A stretch of DNA of 63,633 nt, filler included, from Sphacelaria rigidula (GCA_964200075.2; 10 parts of 10 records of this genome joined end to end with filler, not necessarily neighbours in it), one strand, 5' to 3'. Counted from the first letter of the whole stretch, positions 23,625-36,887 are shown. Notes: generated from the sequence alone by a model not told the origin. Program-made: numbers and translations.

Positions 23625-24376
23625 GGCATGCTTCCACTCTTTCTAGGGTCTTGTCATGATGAATGAATGCTCTTGTGTTGTAACAAGGATTGGTTGTTGG
23701 GAGAGTTGAAAGCGGAATATCGACTATATTCCACGTACGTCATTCGTTGCGGTGTACTTGCTGTCGTGTGCGTGCCATACTACAGTGTAGTCTCGACATG
23801 ACTTTAAACCTGGCCCTGCCTCATGCTCCAGTGTGTTTGTCAACGGAGTTGGCATTGGAAGTAGTTGGCTCGGGAATGCTGAGAAAGTGCGGAGATATAT
23901 CACGGACGTAATTTGTCGGGTTTTTCACTTTTTTTTCTTCTTTTTCATTTCATTTCATTTCATTTCATCCCATTGACGCCATTCCCGGTATGCGGTAAAT
24001 CTACTCCAATCCATTGAGTTTGCGAGCCAGTGCTCAATTGTGTGTTTCTGTCCTACGTCTCTTGTGTAAAATAGTTCGTTGTAGACTAACGACTGCATTG
24101 TAGCGTGTTGGATGCTCTCAAATTTTTGCTCGGTCGCGAGTGTTTTGTGCGCGTGCGTGCTCGCCTTTTTCAAGTCGTGATGGACGTTTGCTTGGTGAGG
24201 AGTCATAACCCAGAAATCGTTTTTCATTCATCCCTGAGGCACGCATCCCGCAATCTGTTAACATTGAAGGTGTTCGCAGTTTCATGTGATTCGGAAGAGT
24301 GTCCTTATATGCGCTTATATACAAAGTTATACTCCATATGTGCCCCTATCTTGTCATGATGACGATGGTATCTCAG

Positions 24377-24495
24377 GAATCCGCTCAAGCCTGTCGATGG
24401 AAGGGGTGTTGCCCTATCACGAAAGCGCTGCGATGATAGAGGCGCTGAAGACTGATGCACAGTCTGTCTCGGGAAGGGTGTATATCGACAGCGAT
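24377..24495 (+). CDS. Putative exon of an unidentified gene
   Basis: ctcag| ... gat|gtgaga; phase-1 start. IRSSLSMEGVLPYHESAAMIEALKTDAQSVSGRVYIDSD. Confidence 0.45.
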
Positions 24496-26454
24496 GTGAG
24501 ATGTCTCCTTCTCGCCTCTTTATTTTTATTTCTTGCAGTCTTTGTCCTTTTTGTTGTGGGAGGGTGAGGGGGTGGGGGGGGGGAGAGGATTGCTTCCGCT
24601 GTATGTGCGTTTATTTTTCATTGTTTGCTCGAAAAATCCCGTTTAAGGGATGTGCTGATTAGCCGACGTTACTTTGCTCGCTTGCTTGCTTGCTTGCTTG
24701 CTTACTTGCTCACTCACTCGAGGGTGGAAGGAAGTGTGTGTGTCAAGCTGTTGTACCATACCGCGGGATGGATCTCATATGTCCAGCCGCATCTGCATAT
24801 CTGTGGCTTTGATAGACTTTCATCCTACGTTTCGTTTCTGCGCTTTAAGCTACACGGCAAGGGGGGGCTGTTATTCATCCATCAATTCGTGGCCTAGCCC
24901 CACACTACGGGCTGGGCCGGCCAGCATACTATTTTTTCGGAAGAAAGACGACGCCATGCTGAATTTGGGGAGTTAGGCGCAGAATTTTACTCACGACATT
25001 ATCATGAAGACACGAGAGTTGTCGAGCGATATGTAGAAAGAAAGAAAAAAGTGAGAGCAATTCGAAACTCAAGCGAAAAACTAGAAAATGTCATAATTCC
25101 ATTAAAAAGAAAAAGCCGTTCCCCTCAACACTTTGCTTTTACGCACAGAAGATCCTGGTAGAATTTCGGGTAAAAACTCGTAAAATTGGGCTGCATGTGG
25201 ACCTTTTTGTATGGCATCGCTGCACCCCGGTGGTCCAACTGGTAGAAAAGCCTCCAATTACATATGTCAAGAGTTCGAATCACGACATGACGTTTTTTGT
25301 TTCCACATAAGATGGCAGATCCTCCCCCCCCCCCCTCCCGTAGCCTGGTCCGGCGAGAACCCGGCGTGCTCCGTCCCGGCTTTGTAGGGGCGGACNNNNN
25401 NNNNNNNNNNNNNNNNNNNNNNNNNNNNNNNNNNNNNNNTTAATTAATTAANNNNNNNNNNNNNNNNNNNNNNNNNNNNNNNNNNNNNNNNNNNNAGACC
25501 AGCACCCCGCCGCCTTGAAAAGCACGCACACCGCGACATGTGGCAGCCTGCCCAGGGTGCACTCCTTGACGTACCCTTCCCTCCACAAAATATGTCTTAC
25601 CTCTGGAGGGTTTTGACACCTGCCGTGTTGTCAGGCGGTGCTCGCGTTCTGTGTCTCGAGTACTCTTCTCTGCTGACGCTGTGTCGCTGAGATCGACGGG
25701 GACATCAGTACTGCCTCATGTTGTGGGCTCTTCCATCTCTGACATGTCGTCATCGCTTCCTTCATCACAGCTGCTGCTTCTCACAATAGAATACGTTGTC
25801 TGCGATATCCGTGTCTACGTCTAGGTGTATGCGCTGTGCGGTCATGCACTCGCCGTTGTAACCTGTAACAGCATCCCCACCGCCATTGTAGTACGACAAT
25901 ACTTTAGAAATGTTGATTTTTAGTATGACACATGTACACAGAACGCTTTGGAGCACAACACACATGCCGGGTGAAATAACTGGTTCAACTGGATACCAAG
26001 CCGATCAGGGCGTGTCTTCGCACTTATTTCCTTAATATAAAAAGTGCGGTCGATTTTTTTTCTGCCGATCTGGTAGGTCCACCGCATTTATATTCCTAGA
26101 AGGCTTCAAGTCAAGATTACAGTTAGCGGCGCGCGGAGAAAAACTATTTGGGACAAAAATTAGTCCTTTTCGATCGAAAACATGCGGTCGAAAGGCACGA
26201 AGCGGCACTTGACTCCTACCTTACAGACCACCACGCCAGATAACACTTGTTCACAGGACCATGCAAACACCATCCAACTCATTCTCAGCTACCACCGCAA
26301 CCCTGCAGCATAGAGCACGGGTTGGGCCCAGGGATAGATACACTGCAGTAGTTGGGTATGCTTTGTTTATTTTTCGTTGGAGAAACTTGCGCATCTTGTT
26401 TCATGGTAAAGATCAGCGACGGAACTGCGTGGTACGGTGGGCAACCGAGTTGCG

Positions 26455-26835
26455 TACACGCTCATGGACAGTGCAGGCAGTACAAAGCTGCACGTTGCTG
26501 GAGTCCTTTTTACGTCGCATTGTGAGCAGAGAAAACTGATAGTCCTGGGTCGTCTGCACTGCACGTTGCCCATTTCTCGTTAAAATCCTACTGTACAAAA
26601 CACGCACACACACACACACTCAAGACACTGCTTGCAAGCAGTGCAGACAATCTGTACTGTCTGCACTATCCACGAGTGACCATGTACAGTTTCACGAATT
26701 CCACTGTCATTTTTCAATCAAAAGCTTGAAATTCGCTTGGATCAAACTCTAGAAAAATGAGCGATTTTCGCTCAAAATCAATTCCACCGCCTCATTTTTT
26801 CGATCGAAGAGAAAAGTGCAGAGACACGCCCTGAA
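26455..26835 (+). repeat. Interspersed repeat; second copy at 57361-57750
   Basis: acgctcatggacag...gcagtacaaagctgcacgttgctg...tcaattccaccgcct is shared between contigs 5 and 10. Confidence 0.85.
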
Positions 26836-28292
26836 ACACTTCTCCGCACTGCCGGATAACATTTTTGAAACTGGAATAGAGGGTAAGGCAGGTACCCGGT
26901 ACTGGTATTTGGGACATTCCAAACCCCACCGATACCGACCAAATCGGGTATTTTCAAAACCCACACCTACCATACCACGGCATTCCGAGATTTCAATACC
27001 TACCGTACCCGCTCAATCAGGTATTTTCGAAACTCATATCTACGATACCCACGCATACCACGGTATGGGATACCCCGGTAAATATCGGGGGTACGCTCGG
27101 TACGGTACCTTACCTACGGTTCCTGTGGAATTTTCCGTAAACAGCAAGGCCAACAAGAGTAAAGTTGCGGGGTTGGGCGCTCAGGGGTGGACGTACCCGA
27201 TGCCAGCTCCTTTCCTCATCTGCACGTCTCTCATTCGAGGTGAACATTGGCATGATCATCATCACATATTGTTTTTGTCGAACACCAGTGATCCAGACCC
27301 GGTGCCTTCTGCACTTTCGCCGGAATATCAACCCTTTTGATACTGGCAACGGAAAAGTGTAGAATTCGAGGCGCTGTTTATGAACGACATGTGGTTGAGA
27401 ACTATTTACAGCATTCACGCACGACTATTAGCCCGAACCGTGTTTCTCACACCGATCAGATGGGGCTTTTTGCTTTTCCACCGCACAATTTCGATCGAAA
27501 ATATATATGCGGAAACACGGCCTCAGTCCTTGACACAATGCGGCGTCTGGCGCGGGGACGGAAGGGGAGGGTTCCCAAGGGGTTATTATCTGGTCGTAAT
27601 GGTTAGAACGTCGAGAGACGGATACCCACACACTGCCAATAAGGTACACCTGTTTGGTGCCAACAGAATCATGCACAATTCATAAGTTTCAAGGGTATGT
27701 GGGACCTGCGTAAATCGCGGGAGGTTTGTTGTTCTCTGAGGAGCCCTCTTGTTAGTTTCCTTACCCCAAATATGTGAGACTCTTGGATAACACACCACAT
27801 GGCTCTTCATTTATTCAGGACTCACCTTGAGGAGGTATGCATGTCTACGCTTCTACTTATTATGCTAGCACGGTTTTACAAAATGGCGACCCCTCATTAT
27901 TTTCAAGATAAACGATTTTTTTCAAAACCGTGCTAGCATAACCGGTAGAAGCCTATCCATTTCCTTGTCGAAGTTCTGCCGCGTTTATCTCAAAACACAA
28001 AACCGACACTTTCTGTAAACCAATTTTATACGACGTCGTAAACTGCCGCAATGGTTCTGTCATACTTCATTCCACCGGTCGCATGGGTCATTGCAAGTTC
28101 GAATCATCAACCCTACTATTTATGAGGGCCTGATTGTTCGAAAAAGAAAAAAAAGCTGACTGCGCGTCTGAACAAGAAGAGCCTGGGCATTTTTTGCGCT
28201 TTTTCACGTGCCTAGGGCACGGGTACCTGGGGTGCAGCGCTGAAGACAAAGCCCAAGGACGTGATTTGTAATGTAAAAATCAATGACACGAA

Positions 28293-28468
28293 GGCCAACT
28301 CTTATGGGAGCGTTCGAAAATTTATTTTGTACCAGTTTCAGAGTAGTTTTTTTTTCTGTCATCATGGTGAACGGGCACAAAATACACAACTACGGCAAAG
28401 AAGAAAAAAAAAAAGTCGTTCAAAATTATTGCGGAAAAAAATTCTAAACGCTCCCATAAGAGTTGGCC
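28293..28468. mobile_element. Tourist/PIF-Harbinger-like MITE
   Basis: TIRs ggccaactcttatgggagcgtt / aacgctcccataagagttggcc; flanks gaa and taa. Confidence 0.7.
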
Positions 28469-28471
28469 TAA

Positions 28472-28944
28472 GACCGACTCCAGTGGAAGCCGTTCAAAAG
28501 TTCACACTTAGAGCTGCCTTTTTGGCCCTTTTTCGTCGTTTCATGCATGAAAAGAGGGCTAGGCGGATGTTGACGCCTTGGAATGACTTGCTCTACACAT
28601 TGAGACCGTTCCAGGGCAACTTTGCATCTCCCGCTGGCCACACTTTCATTTTGGGCCAAATACGGATTTAAAAAAAAGACGGTCAAGCGATAAAAAAACA
28701 GGGGGGAGTTCTCGTCACCTGACCGTTTTTTACTGAAAATCCGTGCTTGGCCTCATTTGGCCAGAAACAAAAGTGCGGCCAGCGGGAGATGCAGAGTTGT
28801 TCTAGATCGGCCTCAACGAGTAGAGCAAGTCATTCCAAGGCGTCAACATCCGCCTAGCCCTCCTTTCGGGTGTAAATCGAAGGAGAAGGGCCCAAAAGGC
28901 AGTTTTTCAACAGGAGTTTTGAACGGCTCCCATTAGAGTTGACC
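28472..28944. mobile_element. Related Tourist-like long-TIR MITE abutting the previous one
   Basis: Arms gagggctaggcggatgttgacgccttggaatgacttgctctac / gtagagcaagtcattccaaggcgtcaacatccgcctagccctc; TAA on both flanks (28469-71 and 28945-47). Confidence 0.75.
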
Positions 28945-30221
28945 TAACACCATAAAAAAAAATAGACGGATGATTATTTATCCGGCCCTTGAGGAGTTTA
29001 CCATGTGACCGCTGGCAATCTCGGCCAACAGGCGCAGGTTGAGCCGCATTTTGTGGCCTGGTGCAGCAACTGCTTGCGGCCGTTTACGAGCATGAGGCCG
29101 TGTCTTGTCAAACTGTTTTCGACTCGAAAACGTACGGTGGAATCGAATTTGCCCGTGTACCTGATACGTCCACGGCATCCATATTCTCAACCATCTGAGA
29201 AAACTAGTAGCGTGGACGAATCAAAGTAAGAGAACAAGAAACTCCTGTGCTGGCTTTCCTCCTCTGTGACCCCGGCTGATGCGCTCACACATACCGAAAG
29301 GTGTAGACTGGCGTTCAGAATAGATGGGATGACAACACACGACATACACAGTGTACTGAGAATATGTAAAACGTCGCCAGCAAGGCTACCCAGATCGTCC
29401 TAACAGTAAAAGAGTAGAAAGAAAAGCATAACCTCCATACAAGCAGCAGACTGGTGTAGAGTAGCGCACTAGCGCGAGCATTTTTCACGACTGGTCAGCA
29501 CGTGGCTGCTGAAAAAGCCGCTTGCATTCGTTCGCCAAACTAAGAAATTCGCAAGAGGATTTTCCACCGAATCGGCAACGAAAACAAATTGAAAATGTCT
29601 GCAAGAGTAACGGCTAACATATTGCCTGTGTGCTTTCACATAGCATGTTTCTCCAAAACATGTACAGGTGCACAGGGGGAGAAAATGGTCGTGGACTTGA
29701 AAAAACAGCAACCGGCATTTGCATGACTGACCTCCAGTATACCATAGTAGCGCAAGCACTCGGTGTTCTCCTCCTTGGTGGTCTCCACTGGCCCACTCGT
29801 GCTCCCCAACAGTTCACTGCGTGCGCCCGCACTCGTCTGCTTCCCCGCTCAGAAGACCCCCGCTGGGCTCCTTTCGAACAATCTCGCAGTCTTGCGTCGT
29901 TTTGAGTTGGACGGAAACGACCCACCCGCGCCGACCTCTGCGGCTACACTGCACACACCTGTACTAGCGCCGTCTCCGATAGACTCTTCTACCTTGATCT
30001 CCTTCGCCTTCATCTCGTCTACCCGTATTTCTGTGACAGCATCAATAAACCATGTTCCACAGCTTCTCGTGCCCGGCCTCAGGAGTACCGTAAAGCGTTT
30101 GATGCACCTTGGTGAATCTGTCAGGTTGCCTGCGCTTGCCCTCGCGATAGGTGGTACTGGTAACGTTTGTTGGAAAGGAACTATCGTTACGCACGGACTA
30201 GCACGAACAGAATGAGGAGAC

Positions 30222-30540
30222 GGAGCAGCCCTGGTGGTTGTCGCTGATACTCGATGCCTGTGGTCGGCGCGAGGACCCTTACATGTACCCAGCGTACATG
30301 GGGAAAAATGACATACAAGCGCATGCTTCTCAATGCAGCCGCAGGCTTGGTGGAGAGAAGGATCGCCAAGGTATGTTTACATGATATGAACATACCTTCG
30401 CGATCCTTCTCTCCACCAAGCCTGCGGCTGCGTTGAAGAGCATGCGCTTGTATGTCACTTTCCTGATGTACATCGGGTACATGTAAGGGTCCTCGCGCCG
30501 ACCACAGCCATCGAGCACCAGCCACACCCACCGGGGCTCC
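30222..30540. repeat. Near-perfect long inverted repeat (hairpin), centre ~30383
   Basis: gcagccgcaggcttggtggagagaaggatcgc pairs with gcgatccttctctccaccaagcctgcggctgc. The same peptide appears on both strands in ORFs 30254+ and 30330-. Confidence 0.9.
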
Positions 30541-31619
30541 ACCTTTATGCTTCTGAGGCTCTTCGTTGTAGGAGCCTCCCTATGACAAGTACCTGGCCCT
30601 TCATGTGCAGCCTCGAAAACCTTTTGTACTGAAAAGTGCACCCCTACCGTGACATCACTCGTTCGGAAAACACACAAGCTCGCACGCGAACAACCCCTCG
30701 ACGGTAGGATGAACCCCCTCGGCTCCTTTCCGGAGTCCGGTGTGCGCAACGTGAATCCTCCTTGATTTTTTTCACTGGATATTCTAAATGCTTCGTTTGT
30801 ATCTCTACTACGTTTTCTACCCAAATCATGCCATGACAGATTTGCCAATTCGAAGAACACGAGAGATTTCAGTCAAAACTGCTTCACCATATCTCACCTA
30901 CATCAACATCAACATCAACATCGTGGTGCCTTTCTTTTTTTTATTCAAGTCGTATCCATTGCAGAACTTGCTGCCCCCCCTCCTCCCGAACCCACCGGCT
31001 TTTGCTTCCTCGTCTCGAAACACCCCCCCCCTCCGACCCATCGCCTCCGTTTCTTCCTGCCCTGAACATGATTCTTGATACGCGTGTCGATGACAAAACA
31101 TATTTCGATCGTGACCTCCCGTGCGACGTTTCAGAAGGATATAAAGCGCCAAAGATCTTCCACGCCGTACCCCGACAGTGGCAAGGCGGCGCTAGAGATG
31201 GGGAAGTCGCTGGAGGGGACCACCTTCGTCAGATGAGAGAATTAATCGAAAGCGCAGTCAGAATACAAATGAAGGGACTGGTTGGTTTGGATGTTTTGTA
31301 TAGTGATGTCACTGACGGCTCTAGGTAGAGCACTAAGAGCTTGGACACTACAGAAGGGTTAATCGAGAGGTCCGTTTACATCAGTTCGAAGACACAATCC
31401 GCGTGGTGGTGGGATGCTTGGTCATTAGAAAATCTGAAAATTAAGATAACGCCAACTTCATGTGTGCAACTCCAATTTTGTGTCTTATGAGTTATTTTAT
31501 TTTGCCGCCGTCAGTGGTACACGGAGAACGATATCCCGCACACCCATCTCCCTCCCCTGGTCAAACGACCAAGGCAAGCAACACATGAGAACGCCCCTCC
31601 CCCCCCCGTGCTGGTTAGA

Positions 31620-31768
31620 CAGCCATGAGGCAGTGTAAAAAGCCGTGGCTGTCTCTGGACGTGGAGATACCAGAAAATAAAGCAACTCGTTGTTGGCTGT
31701 CATCCAAATGCAAGATAATCAGTAGGCTTCGGGCCGGACAATCTCAGCAGGATGCAGCTCACCCTCCA
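31620..31768 (+). repeat. Interspersed repeat family C; copies at 37710-37863 and 43275-43425
   Basis: gtggctgtctctgga...gataccagaaaat(g/a)aagca...ggctgtcatcca...gcttcgggccg...ggatgcagct is present in three contigs. Confidence 0.8.
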
Positions 31769-32080
31769 NNNNNNNNNNNNNNNNNNNNNNNNNNNNNNNN
31801 NNNNNNNNNNNNTTAATTAATTAANNNNNNNNNNNNNNNNNNNNNNNNNNNNNNNNNNNNNNNNNNNNCGCCCCAACTATTTCTGGCAACAGTGACCCCA
31901 CGAAAGCGCTTCCGAGCGAAACTAAATCCGAAAAATGGAAACAATCCCGGGGAGCGGTTGATTCTCATTTCAAAATACGTTCTCATTTTTCTGGCAACCC
32001 TGTTATGGGATGAGTAGATGTGGTTGAGCTGCCGCCGCGGCCCACCTGTGAAATGCCATCAAAAACGTTGTTGTTGAAAA

Positions 32081-33603
32081 TCATGTTGTCTTGTTGCAGG
32101 TGGTCTTGATCATGATGAAATTGATCCTCGTCTGGTTGATCCTGTTTAAGTTGCTGCATGTTAGTATTTCTCCCCAAGCAGTCGGAGTTAAGCCCTTCCG
32201 CAGGTTTGTTGCTCCGACCGCTTGTTCGATGAAGGTAACATTTCTGGAACAGTAGGTTTTTCCGGAATACCTTTCGTAAATCCGGTACGTAGGACTATCA
32301 TTATCATATCCAATCAGTACTCCTTCCCAAGCTTTATCCTCCAGCTTGTTAATGTTCCCCTCCTTGTGCACGAACCCTCGTGATCGTATGATGCGTAGGA
32401 ATGTTAGATTTGCCTGTTTACCAAACATCCCGTAGTACGGTGTTTCTCCGTTGATGCTCCGATGTGGTAGACGATTCATTAAAATACAGAAGTGGCAGCT
32501 GTTTCCCCCCAAAGGAATTTGAGTAATCCCGCCTCGTACAAAAGGCAACGAGTAATATTCAAAAATTGTTCTCCCGTCCCTCTCACTCATGCGGTTTTGC
32601 TGAGGTGAATGTGGTGCAGTGAATTCCTGAAGAATGCCTGTCGTCTTGCAATACCGACGAAAGTAGTCTGCACTGTATTCACCCTCACGATCTGACCGTA
32701 GGCGGTGTACCCTAAGTCCTAAGGGAATCGCCACGTCTTGGATTTACTTGATGAATGTAGAGAGCGCCTCACTTTTTGCCTTGATGAAGTATACAACTTT
32801 AGTCGACTGTATTGGTCGGTAAATTTCGCCATGTACTTGTAACCACCTAATGCAGTTGGTGTCATGGGACCCGAGAGGTCGGTAGTTACCAGTTGCAGAC
32901 GTTCTGTCACTAACGTAGAGTCGGAGGTTTTGGGATGATTCTTCTGGGTGCTTCAATTTATCGTGCAGATGTCACAAAAGGAAAGTGACCCCGTAAATTT
33001 CACACCTGTTTCGGGAATATTCATAACCTGACGCATCGCTGGCTCCGCGGGATGACCCAGTCTCCGACGCCAAACTCCTGCAGTCACAGTAGTAGAAAGA
33101 GCTGGAGCGTATCCCGCGATCGTCATAGAAGTTAAAGCTGCCCCCATGCCCATATGTTCACCTGACACCACCTCAGCCGCTAGTGCTAACCCGGTTCTTG
33201 AGTCGACGGGTTTGTAACCCCGGATGATCTTCATATCAATGTAGTGAAGCAAGCTGTTGTCATCAGGGAAAAGTGGCACTCTAAGTTGTCGAAGATCAAC
33301 ATAAGAAATGACCCCAAAAGTTGTTCCGACCCCCTTCGTTTGTAATGCATAAACAGGAGAAGAGAGATGCTTTCCCAACCCCGGAACGATGATGGCTGGG
33401 AGCCGGACGGAATGCTCATTTCCTTGCTGATCTTTCACGATGGACAGGAGCACTCCTTTCCCTGTTCCGCAAATTAGATGACCTCCTGCAGTGAGGATCC
33501 GCATTGGGGGATCCAGCTTAACGTAGCTAATCATATCGTATTCGAGTTCTGGTAGGAGCTCGTTATCCAGGTAGTGAAATGTTGCTCCTGAATCACACGC
33601 CAT
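32081..33603 (-). pseudogene. Copia pol fragment: aspartic protease, GAG-pre-integrase and integrase core, frameshifted
   Basis: Split over ORFs 32953..33603, 32719..32910, 32744..32956 and 32081..32734; includes KLEDKAWEGVLIGYD...YRIY...SRNVTFIE. Confidence 0.9.
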
Positions 33604-33609
33604 CTTGAA

Positions 33610-35072
33610 TTATATAGACACAGGCTCCCTAATTTTATCCTTGCGATCAAGACCAGCAAAAACCGAAAAACCCAAACCACCTGGTGACGGGCACGCGTCA
33701 GTCACCGTCGACGCTGATGTACCGCTGATTTCTTGAGCCTGGTGATTGTAGGGTACAGTAGTCGACGTGTCGGTTGTCGTGGGGTTCACGATTACAGTAT
33801 TTGCCTGGTTCTGTTGATTGGTTATGTTGGTCGCACTGGAGCCAGAGTTGTAGTTGTTGCTGCTGCGGCGGCTGTTGTTGTGGCGGGTGTTTTGTCGACG
33901 ACGGTCGTTGTTTCTACCATGATGGCTGTGACTCCTGGCCGTATTTCCATTGTTCATTTGGTTCTTGCACTCTGAGTTGTCGTGTTTGTCGGTACGATGA
34001 AGGCCGCGCCACTTAACCGATCTGTTCCTGCTCTTTGGCTGTATTCTGGATCGACAGTCTCTCATATGGTGGCCTAATTTTCCACACGAGTAACATTTTA
34101 CCTTGAACTTTGATGATGTCAATGATGAGTCAGGCGGCAAGGCCGCGACCATGGCTGATTCACGACCACGTAACCCCTTGTTTCCCAAAATTCCGCGTGC
34201 AAGACGATTTGCATACATGTTCCGCAGCGTGACTTCAATATCAGAGATGCTGAGGTCGGGGCCACGCTCAGCATCATATTTGACGCGGTCGTAATCATCA
34301 GTCAGGCCCTCAACCACGATGTCCGTCAGTGTTTCATCGGAGATAGGTTCACCCATGTAGACAAGCTGATCGCGAAGTTCAAAAATCTTGGTCAAAACCT
34401 CGTCTGGGTCTTGTCCAGCAGACATTTTTGGTGTTATCTAGCTGGCGGATCAGAATGCGTAGAAGAATTCTCGTACTTTGCGACCAGAGCTTCCCATGCG
34501 ATTTTGCCGTTAGGTTTTTTCAGACCCTTCGGCTCGTACCGGAGGAGGTAACTACTAGCTGGGCCTATAGCTGTCAAATATATAATATTGAACAACTGTT
34601 CGTTACAGCGGGCCCAGTTTTCAATATTTTCAACATTTACCACATTTCTTACATGAGTAAGGTGACGGCAGGAATCCTCTTCGTCATCAGCAGGATCCTC
34701 CTCACCACCGGTAGGATCCGCTTCACCACCGACAGGATCCGCCTCTACAACAGCAGGATCCTGAAGTTGAACACTTGTTTCCTCTCCCCTTTCAGATGAA
34801 CGTAGTGGAGGCCCTTGGGAGTGGGTGCGAGGTCGACTTAATCTTGAGGCAGGTCGTGAAATTGTAGTTAATTGAACATCTTGAACTTGATCCACGTCAT
34901 CACAAATTTCCACAGGGCGTTTTCCCCGTTCATTATATCTGAAATCCCTAGATGCGTGAGGGAGATCAGGTCGCGTGTACTGCGCCTCCATTCATTGGAG
35001 AAAGTTCTTTCTGTCGAACTTGCTGATGCTTTTGATCAGCTGGGCGATCGATAACTCTCCTTCATTATTCAT
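33610..35072 (-). pseudogene. Copia gag (UBN2-like region plus CCHC knuckle), disrupted
   Basis: ORFs 34434..34991 (LFNIIYL...GKIAWEALVAKYE) and 33610..34425 (GLTDDYD, CX2CX4HX4C). In-frame stop near 34993 and a frameshift near 34430-34460. Confidence 0.85.
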
Positions 35073-35216
35073 CTTCTTGCAACGTGTGACAGTTGATAAC
35101 AACAAAAACTGTGACAGGAAAAACTCTGAATACTGCACTCTGCTCACTTGTGCTGTGGTGACGACCTTGATGTGACATCCCCTCGCTGGTGCCGACTGGT
35201 GTAGTCGCGAATCGAT

Positions 35217-35227
35217 GGCTCAAAACC
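35217..35227 (-). promoter_or_regulatory. Primer-binding site GGTTTTGAGCC (internal/half tRNA-iMet type)
   Basis: Minus strand reads ...ccaaca|ggttttgagcc, close to the GGTTATG(A/G)GCCC PBS of copia-type elements. Confidence 0.6.
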
Positions 35228-35840
35228 TGTTGGGATAGCTCGTGTTGAGCGGCACTGTCGTCAAGACATGCCAACCACGTATTCAGCGAATAGTGGTTCA
35301 TGCAGAGGATGCACCAGTGATCGTCAGATCACTTGCTTCTGCAACACAGATAAAATCAGTTGAAGGAGATGGTTGTTGGGCTCTTCATCCGGCCAAGACA
35401 AAATAGAATGCACAGTTCCTTCAGAAAGCAGGAACTGGAGGTGATGGAAGAGAGTGAAAGCATGGGCGATCGAGGTGACCGAGTCCAACCTCCTCAACTC
35501 CTGGAACAAAAGCAAATCGCTATACGTGCGTAGCAATAAAGGCTCCCATGTCACTTGCGTGGCGTAGCGCCAGCTCACACACAACAGGATATACTGCAAG
35601 CTGTGTTTCCTACCTACTTCTACAGCATACTACTGGATTACAATCCTTGGCAGCACACTGTCATTCTTAAAACCTTACGTGGCGACAAAATACTATCTAC
35701 TGTAACGGCGAGAAACTGTAAATACGCCGTTTGGCGTGGGCGGGGGGTGAACCGTAACCAATTACGCCGCTATTTGCCACAGAGTTTGAACTCACAGCCA
35801 GAAGAAGCAGCTGGGGTACAGGCTGCGTAGAATTCCAACA
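35228..35840 (-). repeat. Putative 5' LTR (~613 bp) of the copia element
   Basis: Bounded by tgttgggat...attccaaca (TG..CA, 8/9 inverted match) and directly adjacent to the PBS. The outer end cannot be confirmed without a second LTR. Confidence 0.6.
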
Positions 35841-36504
35841 GTCGCCTCTCCACCAATGGTCGGTCCGCTGATGGCGCCCGATCTGGAATTGTGGAGAACA
35901 ACGGGCGGGGGAGGCGCACGGAGTGGTGTCGAGGTAATGTGAGGACGGTCACGGACGACGACAGAGAGGTGGTGGCCGCCCATTGCTATTGCCACAGTTG
36001 GCGTACAATGCGACGATGTAGAGGTCACTCCCGTGTTATAAATCAGGTCTTTCGCATAGGGGAAGTAACTACGGATGCCTGCAGTGGCTATCCTTGTGTT
36101 GCATGAAGGTGTATTCGGTGGCCAACGAAGGTCTGCAGGCTTAGGCTTGCCACGCACACGAGGAGGACAGGGCGCCGCCGTGCCCGAGCAGTAAACGGTG
36201 GGTTTCGTGATTATTGTGCTCTAGAATCTCCACGACACTATGTAGCGTTCCACTTACCGGGAAATAAGCAATTTCTGAAAAAAGGAGACGTCAACATAAC
36301 ACCAATCACAAACAAGTCATTTATATTAACCATTGATTTTCATATTCATTTTATACATTTTTATCCCACAATTTATCAAGGTTAGGGCTTGGGCTAGGCG
36401 CACCACCTTTCAATGAATAAATAATTACATAAAAAAAATCGAAATAACGTCCAACACATAAACCACAAACGAACAACAACTAATTATTTGTGTATTAATC
36501 AACA

Positions 36505-36852
36505 ACGTGTGTTGTGTTGTCATCACATTTATGCTGAACGTCGGTCCACACCTTTCGGTGTATGTGGGCACACCAGTCGGCGTCAAACAGGAGGAAGGCC
36601 AACACAGGAATTTCTTTTTATTTCAGTTCTCCACCGTCCTTCTGCGGTGCTTGCCTTCATTTTTTTATCGCGAGAGGGGTTCAGCGGTCTCTTTGCCTCG
36701 TCGATCGCCAACTCGAATTTTGTGTACCCACGACACAGTCGCTCTCCACTGTTGGGCAGGGTGTGAGCGAAAATCCCAGATCGCTCCGAGACTGGAACCC
36801 ACAACCCAAGCTTCAGGAGGTTTCGAGGTTACAAACTGAGCCACCGGGCGAT
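36505..36852 (-). mobile_element. tRNA-derived SINE copy
   Basis: Reverse complement of the 43859-44219 element. Confidence 0.85.
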
Positions 36853-36887
36853 GTGGTCAATCAACAATACAATGAATTTATTGATTA

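Larger units (their letters stand above)
32010..35840 (-). mobile_element. Ty1/copia LTR retrotransposon, decayed 5' half (LTR-PBS-gag-PR-IN); RT/RH absent
   Basis: Domain order gag (CYSCGKLGHHMRDC), protease (CDSGATFH), pre-integrase (WRRRLGHP...CDIC), integrase (TDLSGP, RSDREGEY, PHSPQQNRMSER). Integrase directly after protease is the copia order. Confidence 0.95.
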
